Below are positions 60,609 to 64,000 of a DNA stretch of 64,000 nt, piece by piece. The stretch's first letter is position 1, and every line of letters starts with the position of its first letter. The notes under the pieces are model-generated. The model did no database searches, had not been told where the DNA came from, and saw only the letters and a list, made by a program, of their open reading frames with translations. The translations under genes were made by a program, and so were the position numbers. Source of the stretch: Rebecca billardiae RCC1528 (taxonomy: Eukaryota > Protista > Haptophyta); the NCBI GenBank assembly GCA_965240325.2, contig OZ251241.1, positions 1,116,001 through 1,180,000 of the forward strand, read 5' to 3'.

Positions 60609-60938
60609 ATGGTGCTGGCCCACTCTCGCCTGGCGTTCGTCGTGGCGACTCTTTCGCTGGGCGCCCATGCCTTCACGCCCGCTCCCGTGCTGGCGATGAG
60701 CAGATCAAGCTTCTCACACCTGCAGCACCGCGCCGGCGGGTGCGCGTACTCCTCGCCCCGCCGGATCACATGCATGGATCCTGCCGAGGGTGATGGCTCT
60801 CCTGAGCGCGATGACACCGGCATGGCGCGCAACGAGAATGACGACATGGGTGTGGACTTCTCCTGGGACGGGGGCACCATCGCCATTGCTCTCGGAGCGC
60901 TCATCGCGCTGCAGTTTTTCGTCCTTGCCAATCTGTAG
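60609..60938 (+). CDS. Small, probably plastid-targeted membrane protein
   Basis: Signal peptide ending AHA-F (bipartite plastid-targeting style), Ser/Arg-rich transit segment and a C-terminal TM helix. Confidence 0.65.
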   Translation: MVLAHSRLAFVVATLSLGAHAFTPAPVLAMSRSSFSHLQHRAGGCAYSSPRRITCMDPAEGDGSPERDDTGMARNENDDMGVDFSWDGGTIAIALGALIALQFFVLANL

Positions 60939-61365
60939 CCCATTTGCTCCGATGAGGAAGCTCGGCGAATGGGGGCTGCTGCACCTGGGCCCGTGGTCAG
61001 CCCATGATCAGCACTGCGCACCGAGGTCGGCACCCACGGCTGAGCTGTGGTGCGCGCGGTCTGTGCACGACATGGCGGCATCAACGCGAGCAAGGTACCT
61101 AGGTCATCGCGCATGCGGCTCCGTCACAAGACTCCCCTTCGCCTCTCGGGCACGCCACGCCCCAGGCGCGCTGACACGCCCCACTCTCGCGCCATGAGTG
61201 TGGCGCTTGGCAGCAAGACGGCGCGGGCCGGTGAACAGCCCAGCCCGCAATCCCAAAGCGCGCCCTCAAGACCTGCGGCTACTGTCGGCCGCACCCTGGG
61301 CACCGCGCGCTTTCGTCTTATTATTACGACTATATACGACGTGTCACTGTCAGTGTGGCACGAGT

Positions 61366-62275
61366 GGCCTGTTTTATTTCTACCAGATTCCATTTACTAT
61401 GTCACGGCGACAAACCCGTGCCCGCCAGTGGGAATCGGTGTCACGCCCCGTTCAGTGTTCCTCTCACGGCCGATGGCGGCCCCGGCGTGCGCGAGGAATG
61501 CGATTCCTGCACTCCTCGGTGACCGGTGAGTGCAGGAATCCAGTTGCGGCGCTCGTCCGCCTCGTCGTCGTCGCACACGAGGTACACTGAAGAGCACGGG
61601 TCAGAAGCCAGATCTCTCTGCGCGCTCGCGCCCGCGCGGCGAGGCACTGGCAGGCTTGTTCTGGCATCATCTTGGCCAAGACTGCAGCCTGCCAGATGCG
61701 CGAGGACGCGTGTGCACGCCTTTCCCGCGTCATGGGTGCGCGTGGCACGCACCCTGTCGTCATCTACGCCGAGGAGGCCTGAGCAACCAGCCCACCAACC
61801 TGCCGTGACCACGTTCAAATGCAGGCGGCAAGCTGCATGCGAGCGCACGCAACGGAAGCATCTCACGCTCGACAAGGAAGTGGCGGCGGAGCGAGTGTAG
61901 CTGGTATCGTTTGCAGCCCATCGGTTGTTCAACAATCCTGGTTCAACAACTGACACGGGCGCGACGCAGCCAAGGCAGAGTGCTTGCAGCTCGCAGCGCG
62001 CCCGCAACTGCGGTTTGCCGCCGCGGCGCGGCGATCGTCACACCGCCGTGCGCTGCGAGTGACCTCTGTGTCATGGCGAAGCACCATGGCAAGGCTAAGC
62101 AGCATGCCTTGGCAACACCTTTCGCTACAGCTCAGCGCCCTAGTACGAACATGCGCCAACGACGTGCCATCCCTACTCCGCAATCGCGCCGGCACCCACC
62201 ACCAGCGGGCAAGCCGCCATTTTACCCGGTTTTGGCGAATGTCGCCGTTGGGCTCTCGTAGAAATAAAACAGGCC
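61366..62275 (-). mobile_element. Internally deleted TIR element related to 33345-35047
   Basis: Perfect 18-bp TIR GGCCTGTTTTATTTCTAC; GAGT on both flanks; subterminal homology to 34950-35047. Confidence 0.85.
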
Positions 62276-62441
62276 GAGTGTCCTCAGGCCCGTCTACCGA
62301 CTACCGTACTGCTCGGCACTACCGTGATACTTAGCAGACGATATATTTTGCTGCTGTCTGCTGATATTCATCATTGATCATCGAGCGCAGCAGTATGTTA
62401 ATAATTCTGACAAGTCTCAGGCTCAGCCTAGCGGCCCGGAG

Positions 62442-64000
62442 TCAATCAGCGCTGCCGCCGCCACCCGCGCCCTTGCTGCCGGCCTGCTTTGCTGCTGCTG
62501 AGCCTGAGGCCGCCGCCGCTGCGCCCTTCGCGCCGGCCGCGCCGCGCCCTCGCCGCGGGGCCGCGGCGGCGGGCTCGGGCTTCGCAGCCGGCGGCGCGCT
62601 GCCGCCCGCGGCGCTCACCGCGCCCTGCTCGGCCAGCTCGCGCTCGAGCCGCGCCCACTCCGCCCGCTGCGCCTGAGCGACCGCCGCGTGCTCGCGCTCG
62701 AAATCGGCGTCAGAGGGCAGCTTGAACTCCCAGCCGTGGCCCGGGCGCGCCGTCGCGATGCACTGCAGCATCTCGCGCGCGGCCTGCGTGGAAAGGCGGC
62801 TGATCTCGGCGAACTGCTTCGTCGTGATCGTGCGCTCGCGCGTGAAGTGCAGCAGCAGCCGGTCGCGGCAGCGCGCCTCCTTCTCCGTTGCGCACACGAG
62901 CGCCGACTTGGCCACCCAGCAGCCCTGCACGAGCACGCCGGCGTCCGCCGCGTCATCGAGCACCTGCTTGGGCGCGGTGCCGCACAGCTCGCACAGCCGG
63001 CGGAAGGACATGAGGTGCGTGTGCTTCAGGATCGCCGCGACGCGCTCGCCGGGCCGCATCTGCCGAAGGCCCTCCTTTGAGAGCCCCCTGTCGTCGCCGC
63101 CGACCGCCTGGTCCTGCGGCGCGGCGCGCGGCGCGGCGCGGGGCGGGCGCGGCGAGCTCGGCTGAGCGATGCGCGCCCGCCCTCCCGCCCGCCCGCTCCG
63201 CGCACGCGCGCGGGCGCGCACCTGCTCGAGGTCGATGGCGATGCTCAGCACGTCCCGAGCGGGCCTGCCGCACGCGAGCCGCTGCCCGTACTCCTCCACC
63301 GACATGTTGAAGGGCACGTGCGCCTTGGAGGAGCAGACGAGCTTGGCCGCGGCGGCCTCGCTCTCGTCCGAGCCGAACGGGTGGTGCGCGAGCACGCGCC
63401 ACTGCTCGCTCTCCCGGTCGTTGTGCAGCGTCGCGTACGACGTCTTCTTGCGCTCCATCGCACGCTCCGACTCGGGCCGCCGGAACTGCACGTGCAGCTC
63501 CATGGGCTGCTCCTCCTCGGCGGCGCCGGCGGGCTTCTCGTCGTCCGCGTCGTCGTCGGCCGCGCCCGGCCCGAGCCCGAGGCCGCCCTGCGCCGACTCC
63601 TGCCGCGCGCGCCCACCCGCCGTCGCCTTGGCGTCCTTCTCCTTGTCCTGCTTGCTGCGCTCGTGCTCGTCGTCGAGGTGCGCAAACGTCGGGCGCATCT
63701 GCAGCACGCCGTGGAGCGGCGTGAGGTGGAGCTTGCCGTCGGCGACGAGGCCGATGCAGTGGGTCGTCTGCGCGGGGACGAGCGTCGAGCTCATCGTGCT
63801 CCGCTCCATGGCGTGCCGCGTGGACGGATCGTAGTGCTCCGAGTCCTTGTCCATCGCGAGGTCGACCTGCAGCTGCTTGTGCTCCGGGCGGTGGCGCACC
63901 TCGGTGAGGGCGGACATGTCGTAGGGCCGCCCGCGCGGGCGCAGCGGGTACTGCAGCACGTGCAGCTGGTCGGCCAGGTCCTGCGTCAGGTAGACCTCCA
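62442..64000 (-). CDS. POLR3E: RNA polymerase III subunit RPC5 (POLR3E), 5' partial
   Basis: VYL..L..QLHVLQYPLRP, LHLTPL..VLQMRP.F.HLD and VLVQGCWV.KS; intron 63114-63221. Confidence 0.9.
   Translation of the reverse strand, partial: EVYLTQDLADQLHVLQYPLRPRGRPYDMSALTEVRHRPEHKQLQVDLAMDKDSEHYDPSTRHAMERSTMSSTLVPAQTTHCIGLVADGKLHLTPLHGVLQMRPTFAHLDDEHERSKQDKEKDAKATAGGRARQESAQGGLGLGPGAADDDADDEKPAGAAEEEQPMELHVQFRRPESERAMERKKTSYATLHNDRESEQWRVLAHHPFGSDESEAAAAKLVCSSKAHVPFNMSVEEYGQRLACGRPARDVLSIAIDLEQVRARARARSGRAGGRARIAQPSSPRPPRAAPRAAPQDQAVGGDDRGLSKEGLRQMRPGERVAAILKHTHLMSFRRLCELCGTAPKQVLDDAADAGVLVQGCWVAKSALVCATEKEARCRDRLLLHFTRERTITTKQFAEISRLSTQAAREMLQCIATARPGHGWEFKLPSDADFEREHAAVAQAQRAEWARLERELAEQGAVSAAGGSAPPAAKPEPAAAAPRRGRGAAGAKGAAAAASGSAAAKQAGSKGAGGGGSAD

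Overview
Very GC-rich eukaryotic nuclear DNA with compact genes and short (CG)-rich spliceosomal introns, including one GC-AG intron. The style suggests a haptophyte alga such as a Pavlovophyceae member; this is inference. Recognisable genes: 3' end of an SNF2 helicase, a His/Met-rich secreted protein, GH27 alpha-galactosidase, a sulfotransferase, App1 phosphatidate phosphatase, a NEK kinase with a C2 domain, TBL1, an MHYT-like protein, RUS1, a Popeye-like cNMP protein, a CENP-C-like cupin, a HECT ligase, a TPR protein, two tandem patatins, DHX16/Prp2, a pseudo-receiver/cyclin-Y fusion and RPC5. The standout is a pair of intronless EsV-1-7-type Cys/His repeat genes. One has 15 near-identical 38-aa (114-bp) units in a mosaic array with one hypervariable residue per unit, reminiscent of TALE or PRDM9 arrays, and both genes share a basic NLS-like stretch and a WRxPDG tail. 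Intergenic DNA holds three GGC-ended TIR elements with 4-bp TSDs (one with a decayed Sola2-like transposase), a hAT-like TIR element, dispersed repeats and long microsatellites. All assignments come from reading motifs by eye; no searches were run.
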